Assembly (NCBI GenBank): GCA_041662205.1
Contig: JBAZSZ010000001.1
Span: 17,973 to 81,972, forward strand
Direction of reading: 5' to 3'
DNA from: Minisyncoccota bacterium
GTDB taxonomy: Bacteria > Patescibacteriota > Minisyncoccia > Phycocordibacterales > UBA9973
Length of the DNA stretch: 64,000 bases
The position numbers and the translations under genes are program-made. The notes under the pieces are model-generated. The model had not been told where the DNA came from, searched no databases, and saw only the letters and a list, made by a program, of their open reading frames with translations. The first letter of the stretch is position 1. Each line of letters starts with the position of its first letter. Shown piece by piece: positions 53,182 to 62,213 of this stretch.

Positions 53182-53874
53182 ATGGGTTCAAACAACATTG
53201 ATTGGAAAAAATATTTAATTGTTTTATTTATTACGGTGGGGCTTTTTGTGACTGCCATTTACCTTAGTAATTATTTTGGTGATAAAAAAATCAATCAATT
53301 AAAAACAATTCAAGACAATATTGCCATTGATATACTTTCTTCTGAAACTCAATTTTCTTTGCTTTCTGAACTTTCTTGTAAAAGTATTTCTGACTCTGTA
53401 TTTTCAAGTGAGCTCGGAGAGCTTGGTAGCAAGCTAGAATGGAGTGAAAATAATCTAGGTTCCTCAGATGAGGTTACATATTTGAAGAAATATTATTCTT
53501 TACTTCAAATTAAGGATTATTTGTTAACAAAAAAGATTTCTTCTAAATGTAAAACAAAGTCTGCCTTTATCCTTTATTTTTACACTACTGCATCAAATTG
53601 TAGCTTGTGCGGGCAAGAGAGTATGGTACTTTCCACTCTTCGAGCAGAATATCCAGAACTTCGTGTATATTCTTTTGATTACAGTACTGATCTTTCAGCA
53701 GTTACCTCAATGCTTCAAATTTATAAAATAAAAGACACAGAGCTTCCAGCCTTGGTTATTGATGATGAAGTATTAACTGGTTTCCATAGTTTAACAGAAC
53801 TCGAAACTCGCGTTCAAGAATCTTTTAAACTTCAAGAACCAGCTACCCAAAAAGTTTCTATTCCTCAAAAATAA
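53182..53874 (+). CDS. Membrane-anchored hypothetical protein with C-terminal thioredoxin-like CxxC
   Basis: N-terminal TM; FILYFY...CSLC...RVYSFDY...LPALVID. Confidence 0.65.
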   Translation: MGSNNIDWKKYLIVLFITVGLFVTAIYLSNYFGDKKINQLKTIQDNIAIDILSSETQFSLLSELSCKSISDSVFSSELGELGSKLEWSENNLGSSDEVTYLKKYYSLLQIKDYLLTKKISSKCKTKSAFILYFYTTASNCSLCGQESMVLSTLRAEYPELRVYSFDYSTDLSAVTSMLQIYKIKDTELPALVIDDEVLTGFHSLTELETRVQESFKLQEPATQKVSIPQK

Positions 53875-53886
53875 TTATTTAATTGC

Positions 53887-53900
53887 TGAGCCGCCTCTCG
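53887..53900. repeat. 14-bp direct repeat of the tRNA-Thr 3' end (att-like scar)
   Basis: tgagccgcctctcg at 53887-53900 and 53923-53936. Confidence 0.75.
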
Positions 53901-53924
53901 TTTTGAATCTATATTAACCTATTG

Positions 53925-53997
53925 AGCCGCCTCTCGGATTCGAACCGAGGACCTTCACTTTACAAAAGTGTTGCTCTACCAACTGAGCTAAGGCGGC
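53925..53997 (-). tRNA. tRNA-Thr(TGT)
   Basis: Minus strand GCCGCCTTAGCTCAGTTGGTAGAGCAACACTTTTGTAAAGTGAAGGTCCTCGGTTCGAATCCGAGAGGCGGCT. Confidence 0.93.
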
Positions 53998-54020
53998 ATT
54001 ATTAATTTTTCGTTACATTT

Positions 54021-54434
54021 TTACAAATTCTCTTCCTCTTTTATTTTGTGCTTTATTTCTCTGATTTTGTTTTTATATTCTGAAATAACTTTTAAGAATT
54101 TAGGAACTTCTCGTTTTTCTTTTATTGTATTACCGTTATTTATTTTATTATGATATATATCTTTAATTTTAATTTTTATTTGCTCATATTTATTTTCTAT
54201 AAAATTAGAAGATTTAACATATAATCTGACTATCGTTACTAATCCGGTGTATCGATGTTTCTTGATTGTTTTGATGGCTGAATGTTTTAATTCTTCAAAA
54301 TATTGTTCTTTTAAGAAAGTTTCTATATTATCCTTATATGTTATCTGTCCATTTTGAAGCAGTAATAACTTTCTTCCAATCATAAAAGTTATTCCAAAAA
54401 GTGAGCTAAAAAACAAAATTAAAATAAAATACAT
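54021..54434 (-). CDS. Hypothetical membrane-anchored protein
   Basis: N-terminal TM; 7 nt downstream of tsf on the same strand. Confidence 0.65.
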   Translation of the reverse strand: MYFILILFFSSLFGITFMIGRKLLLLQNGQITYKDNIETFLKEQYFEELKHSAIKTIKKHRYTGLVTIVRLYVKSSNFIENKYEQIKIKIKDIYHNKINNGNTIKEKREVPKFLKVISEYKNKIREIKHKIKEEENL

Positions 54435-54441
54435 ATTTTTT

Positions 54442-55221
54442 TTAAATTGAATAAACTTTTACTTCCTTGATTTTTGCATTATTTTTTTCTAGCAATTTTC
54501 CCACAGTCATCTCTCCGTCTTTTATAAAAGTTTGATTAATTAAAGTTTTTTCTTTGAAAAAGGTTGTTATCTTTCCATCCAACATTTTTTTCTTTATTTC
54601 TTCAGGCTTATCGATATTTGCAACTTCTTTTTCAAAAATTTCCTGCATGGTTTTCCTTGTGTCGTCAGTTATTTCTGTTTCTGTCATATATTCTGGCTTC
54701 ATGGCGGTGATGTGCATAGCTATGTCTCTGGCGAGTTCTGGATTTCCTCCTTCTAGTGAAACGATAACGCCTGTTTTATTATTGTGTACATAAATTCCCA
54801 ACACATTTCCTACTACTTCATAGATATCACCTAATTGAATATTTTCTCCAGTTTTTTGAATAATGGGATCTATCATCTCTTTTGCTTCTGTTCTCATTTT
54901 TTCCACTCCTTCTTTTATAGCTTTGGTAGTAAGAGCTTCGAGCAGGGTAGCAAAGTCTTCATTTTTAGCAACGAAATCAGTCTCACAATGCAAGGATACC
55001 AAAATTGCTTTTTCTCCTTCTGTTTTGATTGAGACTCTGCCATCTTTTACTTCACGATTAATTTTTTTAAGAGCGATGTCAGAACTAGTCTTTTTTAAGA
55101 TAGCGATGGCTTTTTTCATATCACCGAGAGCCTCTTCGAGGGCGTGCTTGCATTGCATTACAGAAATACCCGTGGCGTCTCGGAGCTCTTTGATTTGCTC
55201 TGTAGTTATTTTAATAGACAT
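54442..55221 (-). CDS. tsf: Elongation factor Ts
   Basis: IKELRDATGISVMQCKHAL, CETDFVA, IAMHITAMKP. Confidence 0.95.
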   Translation of the reverse strand: MSIKITTEQIKELRDATGISVMQCKHALEEALGDMKKAIAILKKTSSDIALKKINREVKDGRVSIKTEGEKAILVSLHCETDFVAKNEDFATLLEALTTKAIKEGVEKMRTEAKEMIDPIIQKTGENIQLGDIYEVVGNVLGIYVHNNKTGVIVSLEGGNPELARDIAMHITAMKPEYMTETEITDDTRKTMQEIFEKEVANIDKPEEIKKKMLDGKITTFFKEKTLINQTFIKDGEMTVGKLLEKNNAKIKEVKVYSI

Positions 55222-55226
55222 ATTAT

Positions 55227-55946
55227 TTATGATTTTTCTATAGTAGATAGACCTTCTCTATAGGCATTGACAATAGCATTAGTAAAAAATTTAATAGAAG
55301 GTATCCCTGAATCGTTAGCAACAATGGGGTAATCAATCTCTTTTATATTTGAATCAGAATTTACCAAAGAAATTACTTTTATACCAGACTTTCTGGCTTC
55401 AGTGGCGGCTATGTGTTCACTTTTTGCGTCTATGATAAATAGAGCGTCTGGAGCTTTTTTTAACCCCAATAAGCCAGTGTAATATCTCGCTAATTTTTCC
55501 ATTTTTTTTGCCATTACCACTCGTTCTTTTTTAGTATATTTATCAAGTCCACCCCCGATACTGTCTTTTTGGTAAGTTTCCAATTCAGTGATTCTTTTTT
55601 TTATTTCTGTAAAATTTGAAAGAGTCCCACCGATCCATCTTTCTACGACATAAGGCATCTTGAGTGTTTCTGCAGCATCTTTTGTCGCAACTTTGGCTTC
55701 AGGTTTGGTGCCAACAAAAAGAATCACTTTATTTTTTGCTCCCAGATTTTTGATAAATTCTGTCGCTTCATCTAAAAGAGCGCTTGTTTTTTCAAGATTA
55801 ATTATGTCTCCCTTGTTTTTGGTAGTGTATATATACTTTGAGACAGAAGGATGTCTTCGGGTTTTACTGTAGCCATAATGTGCTCCAGCCTTGAACATTT
55901 TTTCTACTGCCGTATCTAATTCTTTCTTGTTTTCTACTTTTTGCAT
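55227..55946 (-). CDS. rpsB: 30S ribosomal protein S2
   Basis: AGAHYG, LFVGTK, RWIGGTLSNF, PIVANDS. Confidence 0.95.
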   Translation of the reverse strand: MQKVENKKELDTAVEKMFKAGAHYGYSKTRRHPSVSKYIYTTKNKGDIINLEKTSALLDEATEFIKNLGAKNKVILFVGTKPEAKVATKDAAETLKMPYVVERWIGGTLSNFTEIKKRITELETYQKDSIGGGLDKYTKKERVVMAKKMEKLARYYTGLLGLKKAPDALFIIDAKSEHIAATEARKSGIKVISLVNSDSNIKEIDYPIVANDSGIPSIKFFTNAIVNAYREGLSTIEKS

Positions 55947-55978
55947 AAGGACAATATAGCAGAAAGAATTAAGAAATA

Positions 55979-56055
55979 CAACCCCTCCTGACCTCCCCTT
56001 GTCAGGGGAGGAAAAAATTAAGGAGTTCCCCTGACAAGGGGGATTTAGGGGGTTG
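55979..56055. repeat. REPIN-like doublet of GC-rich hairpins between divergent rpsB and proS
   Basis: ccccttgtcagggga and its inverse tcccctgacaagggg inside outer arms caacccct / agggggttg. Confidence 0.8.
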
Positions 56056-56106
56056 AATGTATTCTTTTGCTAAAAGAACTTTTTTCGGGTAAGATGTCTA
56101 TTATAT

Positions 56107-57381
56107 ATGAGACAATCTAAACTTTTTACAAAAACAAGGAAGGAGGCTCCAGCAGACGAAGTATCAAAAAATGCAGAGCTCCTAATCCGTGCTGGGTTTG
56201 TTTATAAAGAGATGGCTGGGGTTTATAGCTATTTACCACTTGGGTTAAGAGTGTTGCAAAAAATTGAAAATATAATTCGTGAAGAAATGAATGTGATCGG
56301 TGGAATAGAGATGCGAACCTCTGTTTTTCAAAACAAAGAAGTTTGGGAAAAATCTAACAGATGGGATGATAAAATCGTAGATAATTGGTTTAAAACAGAA
56401 TTAAAAAATGGGGGAGAGATCGGTTTGTCTTTTACTAATGAAGAAGCCCACTCAAATATTTTAAGGCAGTATATAAATTCTTATAAAGATTTACCAATTT
56501 ATCCATATGATTTCAAAAATATTTTTAGAAATGAGACAAGAAGTAAATCTGGAATTTTAAGAGGAAGAGAGTTTCACTGGAAAGCTCTTTATTCTTTTTC
56601 AAAAGATGAGGCAGAGCACAATGAATTTTATGAAAAATCAAAAGCTGCTTATAAAAATATTTTCCAGAGGGTTGGTATTGGACATCTGACTTATATCACT
56701 TTTGCTTCTGGGGGAACTTTTTCAAAATTTTCGCATGAGTTTCAGGCTTTATCTGGATCTGGTGAAGATACTATTTATGTAAATGAAAGCAAAAACATAG
56801 CTGTTAACAAAGAAGTTTACACTGACAAAGTGTTAGAATCTTTGGGATTTAAAAAGGAGGATTTAATAGAAAAAAGAGCAATAGAGGTTGGAAATATTTT
56901 TTCACTTGGAACAAAATTTTCTGCTCCTTTTGATTTAAAATATAAGAATGAAAATGGAGAGGAAAAATTAGTGATAATGGGTAGTTATGGTATTGGGCTT
57001 AGTAGATTAATGGGGACAGTAGTAGAAATTCTTTCTGATGATAAAGGAATAGTTTGGCCGGAATCTATCGCGCCATTTAATGTGCATCTTCTTGTTTTGG
57101 GAGAGGATGAGATAGTTTTAAAAGAAGCTGAGAAAGTTTATAAAAGCCTAGAAAAAGCAGGAGTTGAAGTTTTATTTGATGATCGTATGAGTGTGTCAGC
57201 TGGAGAGAAATTTTCTGATGCGGATTTGCTTGGTATGCCTTGGCGTGCAGTCGTTTCAGCTCGAAGTATGAAAGATTTATCTTCTGGAGGCATAGAATTA
57301 AAAAAACGTACTGAAGAAAAAGGGAAAATTGTAACGCTTGATGAATTAATAAAATTATGTTCGACAAATTCTACAAATTAA
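56107..57381 (+). CDS. proS: Prolyl-tRNA synthetase lacking the INS editing domain
   Basis: MRQSKLF, AGVYSYLPLG, FRNETR, IEVGNIF, MGSYGIG; 424 aa. Confidence 0.93.
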   Translation: MRQSKLFTKTRKEAPADEVSKNAELLIRAGFVYKEMAGVYSYLPLGLRVLQKIENIIREEMNVIGGIEMRTSVFQNKEVWEKSNRWDDKIVDNWFKTELKNGGEIGLSFTNEEAHSNILRQYINSYKDLPIYPYDFKNIFRNETRSKSGILRGREFHWKALYSFSKDEAEHNEFYEKSKAAYKNIFQRVGIGHLTYITFASGGTFSKFSHEFQALSGSGEDTIYVNESKNIAVNKEVYTDKVLESLGFKKEDLIEKRAIEVGNIFSLGTKFSAPFDLKYKNENGEEKLVIMGSYGIGLSRLMGTVVEILSDDKGIVWPESIAPFNVHLLVLGEDEIVLKEAEKVYKSLEKAGVEVLFDDRMSVSAGEKFSDADLLGMPWRAVVSARSMKDLSSGGIELKKRTEEKGKIVTLDELIKLCSTNSTN

Positions 57382-58403
57382 TTTCAAATGATATCGGGAT
57401 AGACCTAGGTACTTCTAATACTTTGGTATATTTGAAAGGTCATGGAATTGTAATTAATGAGCCGTCTGTCGTAGCTGTAAATATTAAGACGAATCAAATT
57501 TTGGCGGTGGGCACACAAGCCAAAGAAATGCTCGGACGTACCCCTGGACACATCAAAGCTATTCGTCCGCTTGTTGATGGTGTTATTTCCGATTTTGAAG
57601 TTACTGAAGAAATGCTTTCTTATTTAATAAACAAAGCGGATAAAATATCTAAAAAATTAGCGCGACCGAGAGTCTTGGTAGGTGTTCCATCTGGTACGAC
57701 CAACGTGGAGACGCGAGCTGTATATGATGCTGCTAGGAGCGCTGGAGCGAGAGAAGTTTTTTTAGTAGAAGAGCCGATGGCAGCTGCTATTGGGATAAGG
57801 CTTCCTATTAAAGAACCAGTCGGCTCGATGATTATAGATATCGGTGGCGGTACGACGGATATCGCTGTTATTTCTTTGGGAGGAATCGTAAAGTCAAAGA
57901 ATTTAAAAATTGCTGGTGACCGATTGAATAATGATATTATTTCTTATATGCGAGATGAATTTAAAATTTTAATTGGAGAGCGTACTGCTGAGATGGTAAA
58001 AATTGCCATTGGCTCCGTAATACCAGGAGAATATATGGAAACAGAAGTTCACGGGCGAGATCTTCTGACTGGGCTTCCTCGTGAAGTGGTGGTTACGGAT
58101 TCTGATATTCGTGAAGCAATTTCTTTATCAATAAAGGGTTTAGTAGAGGGTGTAAAAGACATGTTGGAATCAACTCCGCCGGAGATTTTGTCAGACATAA
58201 TGCACCGCGGAATTACTCTTTCGGGCGGAGGAGCTTTACTCCCTGGACTCAATCAACTTTTGCAAAAAGTTCTAAAAATTCCAGTTTATGTTGTAGAAGA
58301 TCCGCTTTCAGCCGTGGCTCGAGGAACAGGAGTTATTTTAGATAATCTTCCGTTTTATAAAGATGTTTTGATCGGGAATCAAGATGAGCTACCTCCTAGA
58401 TAA
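57357..58403 (+). CDS. mreB: Rod shape-determining protein MreB
   Basis: IGIDLGTSNT, EEPMAAAIG, DIGGGTT, LSGGGALL. Confidence 0.95.
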   Translation: MFDKFYKLISNDIGIDLGTSNTLVYLKGHGIVINEPSVVAVNIKTNQILAVGTQAKEMLGRTPGHIKAIRPLVDGVISDFEVTEEMLSYLINKADKISKKLARPRVLVGVPSGTTNVETRAVYDAARSAGAREVFLVEEPMAAAIGIRLPIKEPVGSMIIDIGGGTTDIAVISLGGIVKSKNLKIAGDRLNNDIISYMRDEFKILIGERTAEMVKIAIGSVIPGEYMETEVHGRDLLTGLPREVVVTDSDIREAISLSIKGLVEGVKDMLESTPPEILSDIMHRGITLSGGGALLPGLNQLLQKVLKIPVYVVEDPLSAVARGTGVILDNLPFYKDVLIGNQDELPPR

Positions 58404-59175
58404 AAAAATACAAAGAAACAGGATTATTAAAATTACCTTAGGTGTTATTTTTTTAATTATTTTATTTTATTTTAGATCCGGTATTTTTAATGGACTTTCT
58501 TCTGTCAGCCAAGGATTTTTTCGCCCTGTTTTTATTGTAGGGAAGAATATTGGTGAAAAATTTGGAAGCCTGGGTGCATATTTTTATTTTAAAAATTCTC
58601 TTTCTTTAGAAAACCAAAATCTCAAAACTCAGATATCTGAAAGTGCGGCGGATCGCGCTAATTATTTTTCAGTTGTTGATGAAAATAATAAATTAAAGGA
58701 AATTTTAGGTAGAAAAAATGAAAAAGTAAGAATGGTATTAGCAGTAATTTTAACGAAGCCGAATCAGAGTGTTTATGATACTTTGATTATTGATGCAGGC
58801 ACAGCACAAGGAATTAAAATAGGCAATAAAGTTTTTGCCTATGGGAATATGCCGATTGGGCGAGTGGATTTAGTTTATGATAGTTCCTCTAGGGTGATTT
58901 TGTTTTCAAATGCAGGGGAAAAAACTCAGGGGGTTATTGCAGGAAAAGATATTTTTATGGAATTAGTAGGACGAGGTGGATGCAATTTTGAAATTATTTT
59001 ACCTAGAGATTTTGTTTTACAAAAAGGGGATCAGGTGATAATGCCGGGCATTAATCCATATGTTTTAGCAGTTGTGGAAACAATAATTTCTGACCCTCGA
59101 GATCCTTTCATAAAAGCATTGCTTTCGAGTCCTGTGAATATTCAAGAGTTAAAATTTGTGGAAGTGGAGTTGTAG
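58384..59175 (+). CDS. mreC: Rod shape-determining protein MreC
   Basis: TM, coiled coil ENNKLKEILG, IDAGTAQGIKIG; follows mreB. Confidence 0.85.
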   Translation: MSYLLDKKIQRNRIIKITLGVIFLIILFYFRSGIFNGLSSVSQGFFRPVFIVGKNIGEKFGSLGAYFYFKNSLSLENQNLKTQISESAADRANYFSVVDENNKLKEILGRKNEKVRMVLAVILTKPNQSVYDTLIIDAGTAQGIKIGNKVFAYGNMPIGRVDLVYDSSSRVILFSNAGEKTQGVIAGKDIFMELVGRGGCNFEIILPRDFVLQKGDQVIMPGINPYVLAVVETIISDPRDPFIKALLSSPVNIQELKFVEVEL

Positions 59176-59178
59176 AAG

Positions 59179-59221
59179 CGTTGCGCTCAATCGACTTACA
59201 CGACGTGATTTCGCAAAATCA
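59179..59221 (+). promoter_or_regulatory. Start-codon-adjacent two-hairpin motif, copy 3 (tgt)
   Basis: cgttgcg-ctcaatcgactta-cacgacg then tgattt-cgca-aaatca, 1 nt before ATG 59223. Confidence 0.7.
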
Positions 59222-59222
59222 A

Positions 59223-60497
59223 ATGCAATTTAAAATAGAAAAAAAACTAAAGAATAGCTTAGGACGGGTGGGGGTTTTGACGACTCCACATGGAGATATT
59301 TTGACTCCGGCTTTTGTGGCGGTGGGGACCAAGGCCACTGTGAAATCCTTAAATCCAGAACAGGTGAAGGAAGCTGGTACCCAAGTAGTACTCGGAAATA
59401 CTTATCATTTATATTTACAGCCGGGGGATGAAATAGTACGAGATGCTGGTGGAATAGGGAAGTTTATGAATTGGCAAGGGCCGACGATGACTGACTCTGG
59501 CGGTTTCCAAGTATTCTCTCTTGGTGTCGCATATGGAAAAGATATCTCAAAACTTTTAAAAATTACTGATCCATCACTTTTAATTCCTGAACGTTTTGAT
59601 GATAGTGATGCACCACGTTTGGCGAAAATCGGACAAGATGGTGTTTCTTTCAAGTCTCATCTCGATGGCTCTATTCATTACATTACTCCAGAGAAATCAA
59701 TTCAGATTCAGCACAATTTAGGCGCGGATATAATTTTTGCTTTTGATGAATGCACTAGTCCGACAGAGGATTTAAAATATCAAGAAGAAGCGCTTGAGCG
59801 GACGCATCGCTGGGCGGAGAGGAGTTTGAAAGAGCATCAAAAATTGGAAAATCAGAAACAAGCTCGTTCTCAGGTCCTCGGTTCTCCGGGTCCCCAACCC
59901 CGGCCAGACCATTCACCCGAGCTTGTTTCTGATTTTCCCCAGGCTTTGTTTGGTATTGTGCAAGGTGGGCGAGATGAAAATTTACGCAAGCAATCTGCAA
60001 AATTTATTAGTAGTTTAGATTTTGATGGCTTCGGTATTGGTGGGAGTTTTGCCAAAGAGGACATGTCTACCGCGGTAAAATGGGTCAATGAAATACTGCC
60101 TGAAGAAAAACCCCGTCACTTACTCGGTATAGGCGAACCAGAAGATCTTTTTATGGGAATTGAAAATGGAGTAGATCTTTTTGATTGCGTTGCTCCGACG
60201 CGTCTTGGTAGAAATGGAACAATTTATACAAAAAAAGGAAAAATAATTATTATGAATACGAGATATAGGAATGATTTTTTGCCCATTGAAAAAGATTGTG
60301 AATGTTATACCTGCAAAAATTACACTAGGGCATACATTGCTCACCTTTTTCACGGCAAAGAAATGCTCGCCGGCACCTTGGCCTCGACTCACAATTTGTA
60401 CTTTATAGTCAACTTGGTTAAAAAAATTCGGCAATCAATTCTAGATAACAAATTTTTTGAGTTTAAGGAAGAATTTCTAAAAGAATATTTGAATTAA
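59223..60497 (+). CDS. tgt: tRNA-guanine transglycosylase, with an in-frame ~31-aa insertion
   Basis: NTYHL, TDSGGFQVFSL, FDEC, GIVQGG, FDCVAPTR, CECYTC zinc site. Confidence 0.94.
   Translation: MQFKIEKKLKNSLGRVGVLTTPHGDILTPAFVAVGTKATVKSLNPEQVKEAGTQVVLGNTYHLYLQPGDEIVRDAGGIGKFMNWQGPTMTDSGGFQVFSLGVAYGKDISKLLKITDPSLLIPERFDDSDAPRLAKIGQDGVSFKSHLDGSIHYITPEKSIQIQHNLGADIIFAFDECTSPTEDLKYQEEALERTHRWAERSLKEHQKLENQKQARSQVLGSPGPQPRPDHSPELVSDFPQALFGIVQGGRDENLRKQSAKFISSLDFDGFGIGGSFAKEDMSTAVKWVNEILPEEKPRHLLGIGEPEDLFMGIENGVDLFDCVAPTRLGRNGTIYTKKGKIIIMNTRYRNDFLPIEKDCECYTCKNYTRAYIAHLFHGKEMLAGTLASTHNLYFIVNLVKKIRQSILDNKFFEFKEEFLKEYLN
59846..59938. repeat. In-frame palindromic element in tgt (family A, inverted relative to ligA copy)
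   Basis: Perfect 21-bp arms ggaaaatcagaaacaagctcg / cgagcttgtttctgattttcc; 93 bp total; core matches the ligA element on the opposite strand. Confidence 0.9.
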
Positions 60498-60523
60498 CCC
60501 TTCATTATTGATACAATATAAGT

Positions 60524-60569
60524 GTCGCCACGCCTTAATTGACTTACGCGGGATGATTTAGCTGAATCA
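60524..60569 (+). promoter_or_regulatory. Start-codon-adjacent two-hairpin motif, copy 4
   Basis: ccacgc-cttaattgactta-cgcgg then tgattt-agct-gaatca, 4 nt before ATG 60574; TGaTACAAT at 60509-60517. Confidence 0.7.
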
Positions 60570-60573
60570 ATTT

Positions 60574-61605
60574 ATGTTGAATAATCCAGTTAGGGGAAAG
60601 TTGTTTATTTTAGGAATTTTTATTTCTATAATTTTTTTCGCGTCTCATATTTTAGCTTCAGAAAATGATGGAACAATTTCTTCTAGTTCTCAATATGCTT
60701 TTGGGGAGAATTTAGGTTGGATTAATTTTAGTTGCGATAATTGCAATGTTCATATTACAGATACTGGATTGAGTGGATATGCTTGGAGTTCTCAATATGG
60801 ATGGATAAATTTATCTCCGAGTGGAGGCGGAGTAACAAATAACTGTGCAGGTGAATTGGGTGGCAAAGCTTGGTCAAAATCATTAGGCTGGGTAGATTTT
60901 TCTGGGGCAGTAATTAATGCCGCTGGAAAATTTATCGGAATGGCAGGTACTCCTGGGACCAAAGCAGGGAGAATTAATTTTAGTTGTGATAATTGTGATG
61001 TTTCTACCGATTGGCTTCAATGCGCTCTACGGGAATCCCCAGCTCAGGTATTAATAAATTCAATTACTGATAATATTATTGCTTCAATTTCTGCAAATAT
61101 AAATATAACCAATGAAGGATCTGTCGATACTGAATATCAATATGAATGGTGTGTGGTTTCTGACATAGATAATTCTTGTGGCGGTGGGGATGATGTTTTT
61201 TATTCTTCTGCGGCCAAACTTCTCACAGTTGGACAAAGTTGGACGACAGACAAAATTGCCACAGTGCCAAGCATCGGAACTTATTATTTTAAAATTGTTG
61301 TTTATTATGGAATAAATTATTCTGTTGCCTCGCAAGTATTTACTGCTGTCTCTGACGGTGGACCTGGAGGTGGTAGCGGAGGGGGTGGAGAAACAATAAT
61401 ATTTTCAACAAATAACACTCATTACGATACAGCTGATTTTAACATTGATCATGTAGTAGATTCAGTTGATTTTTCTATTTTGTTATTTTTTTGGAAAAAG
61501 GAATCTCCATTTAGCAATATTTATGTAGATATTAATAAAGATGGAAACGTCAATTCAGTTGATTTTTCTATTATGCTTTCAGAGTGGGGCAAAAGAAGCG
61601 TATGA
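60574..61605 (+). CDS. Secreted protein with GWI(N/D)F repeats, Ig-like domain and C-terminal dockerin-like EF-hand pair
   Basis: Signal peptide; GWINFS/GWINLS/GWVDFS repeats; duplicated DFNIDHVVDSVDFSILL and DINKDGNVNSVDFSIML. Confidence 0.75.
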   Translation: MLNNPVRGKLFILGIFISIIFFASHILASENDGTISSSSQYAFGENLGWINFSCDNCNVHITDTGLSGYAWSSQYGWINLSPSGGGVTNNCAGELGGKAWSKSLGWVDFSGAVINAAGKFIGMAGTPGTKAGRINFSCDNCDVSTDWLQCALRESPAQVLINSITDNIIASISANINITNEGSVDTEYQYEWCVVSDIDNSCGGGDDVFYSSAAKLLTVGQSWTTDKIATVPSIGTYYFKIVVYYGINYSVASQVFTAVSDGGPGGGSGGGGETIIFSTNNTHYDTADFNIDHVVDSVDFSILLFFWKKESPFSNIYVDINKDGNVNSVDFSIMLSEWGKRSV

Positions 61606-62213
61606 TAAAAAAAATAAACAAAAGAATAGAAACCTTATTTGTAATACTTATGTCTTTTTTATTTTTCTTTTTATTTGCGTCATTTTCTTGTGCTACTACT
61701 GAAATTTATTTTCAAAAAGATTTAAAAGAAATAACAAAGGGTGACACATTCTTAATAGATTTGAAAATATCTTCGACGAAAGAAATAAACGTCATAGACG
61801 GAACCATCATCTACGATAAAGATAAATTAGCAATAAAAGAAGTAACAACAAACAATTCGTTACTTTCTCTTTGGGTTAAAGAACCAGCTTTTAACAATGA
61901 AACAGGAGAATTGAGTTTTACTGGAGGATCACCAGAAGGTTTCCATAATAGAGATGGTCAGATTTTAAGAATTACCTTTTTGGCCAAACAAGCAGGTTCT
62001 GCCTTTATTGGTTTTAAAGATATTTTTTCTATTTTTATCAATGATGGGAAAGGAACCAAAATAAATCCATGGTTCAAACCACTGTCCTTATTTATTAATA
62101 AGAAAGTAAATCATTTTCTCAAATATATAGAAGTGTTGATATTCATTTTCATTATTTTCTTTATAGCATTTAGATTATTTTTAAAGTTTCGAAATAAAAA
62201 AAATGAAAAATAA
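61602..62213 (+). CDS. Membrane-anchored cohesin-like domain protein
   Basis: ATGA overlap with previous stop; GDTFLIDLKI..IIYDKDKL..LWVKEP..ITFLAK; C-terminal TM. Confidence 0.7.
   Translation: MIKKINKRIETLFVILMSFLFFFLFASFSCATTEIYFQKDLKEITKGDTFLIDLKISSTKEINVIDGTIIYDKDKLAIKEVTTNNSLLSLWVKEPAFNNETGELSFTGGSPEGFHNRDGQILRITFLAKQAGSAFIGFKDIFSIFINDGKGTKINPWFKPLSLFINKKVNHFLKYIEVLIFIFIIFFIAFRLFLKFRNKKNEK

Noticed and set aside
31500-59222. Upstream TTG starts given for rnc (31500), maf (34385), rpoB (40670) and tgt (59181)
   Set aside because: The extensions run through non-coding motifs or upstream genes; the downstream ATGs match family N-termini.
59872-59884. 13-nt match AGGTCCTCGGTTC between the tgt insert and the tRNA-Thr T-arm, and HDV-like TCCTCG
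   Set aside because: Only partly conserved in the ligA copy, with no tRNA fold or HDV nested pseudoknot; probably chance.
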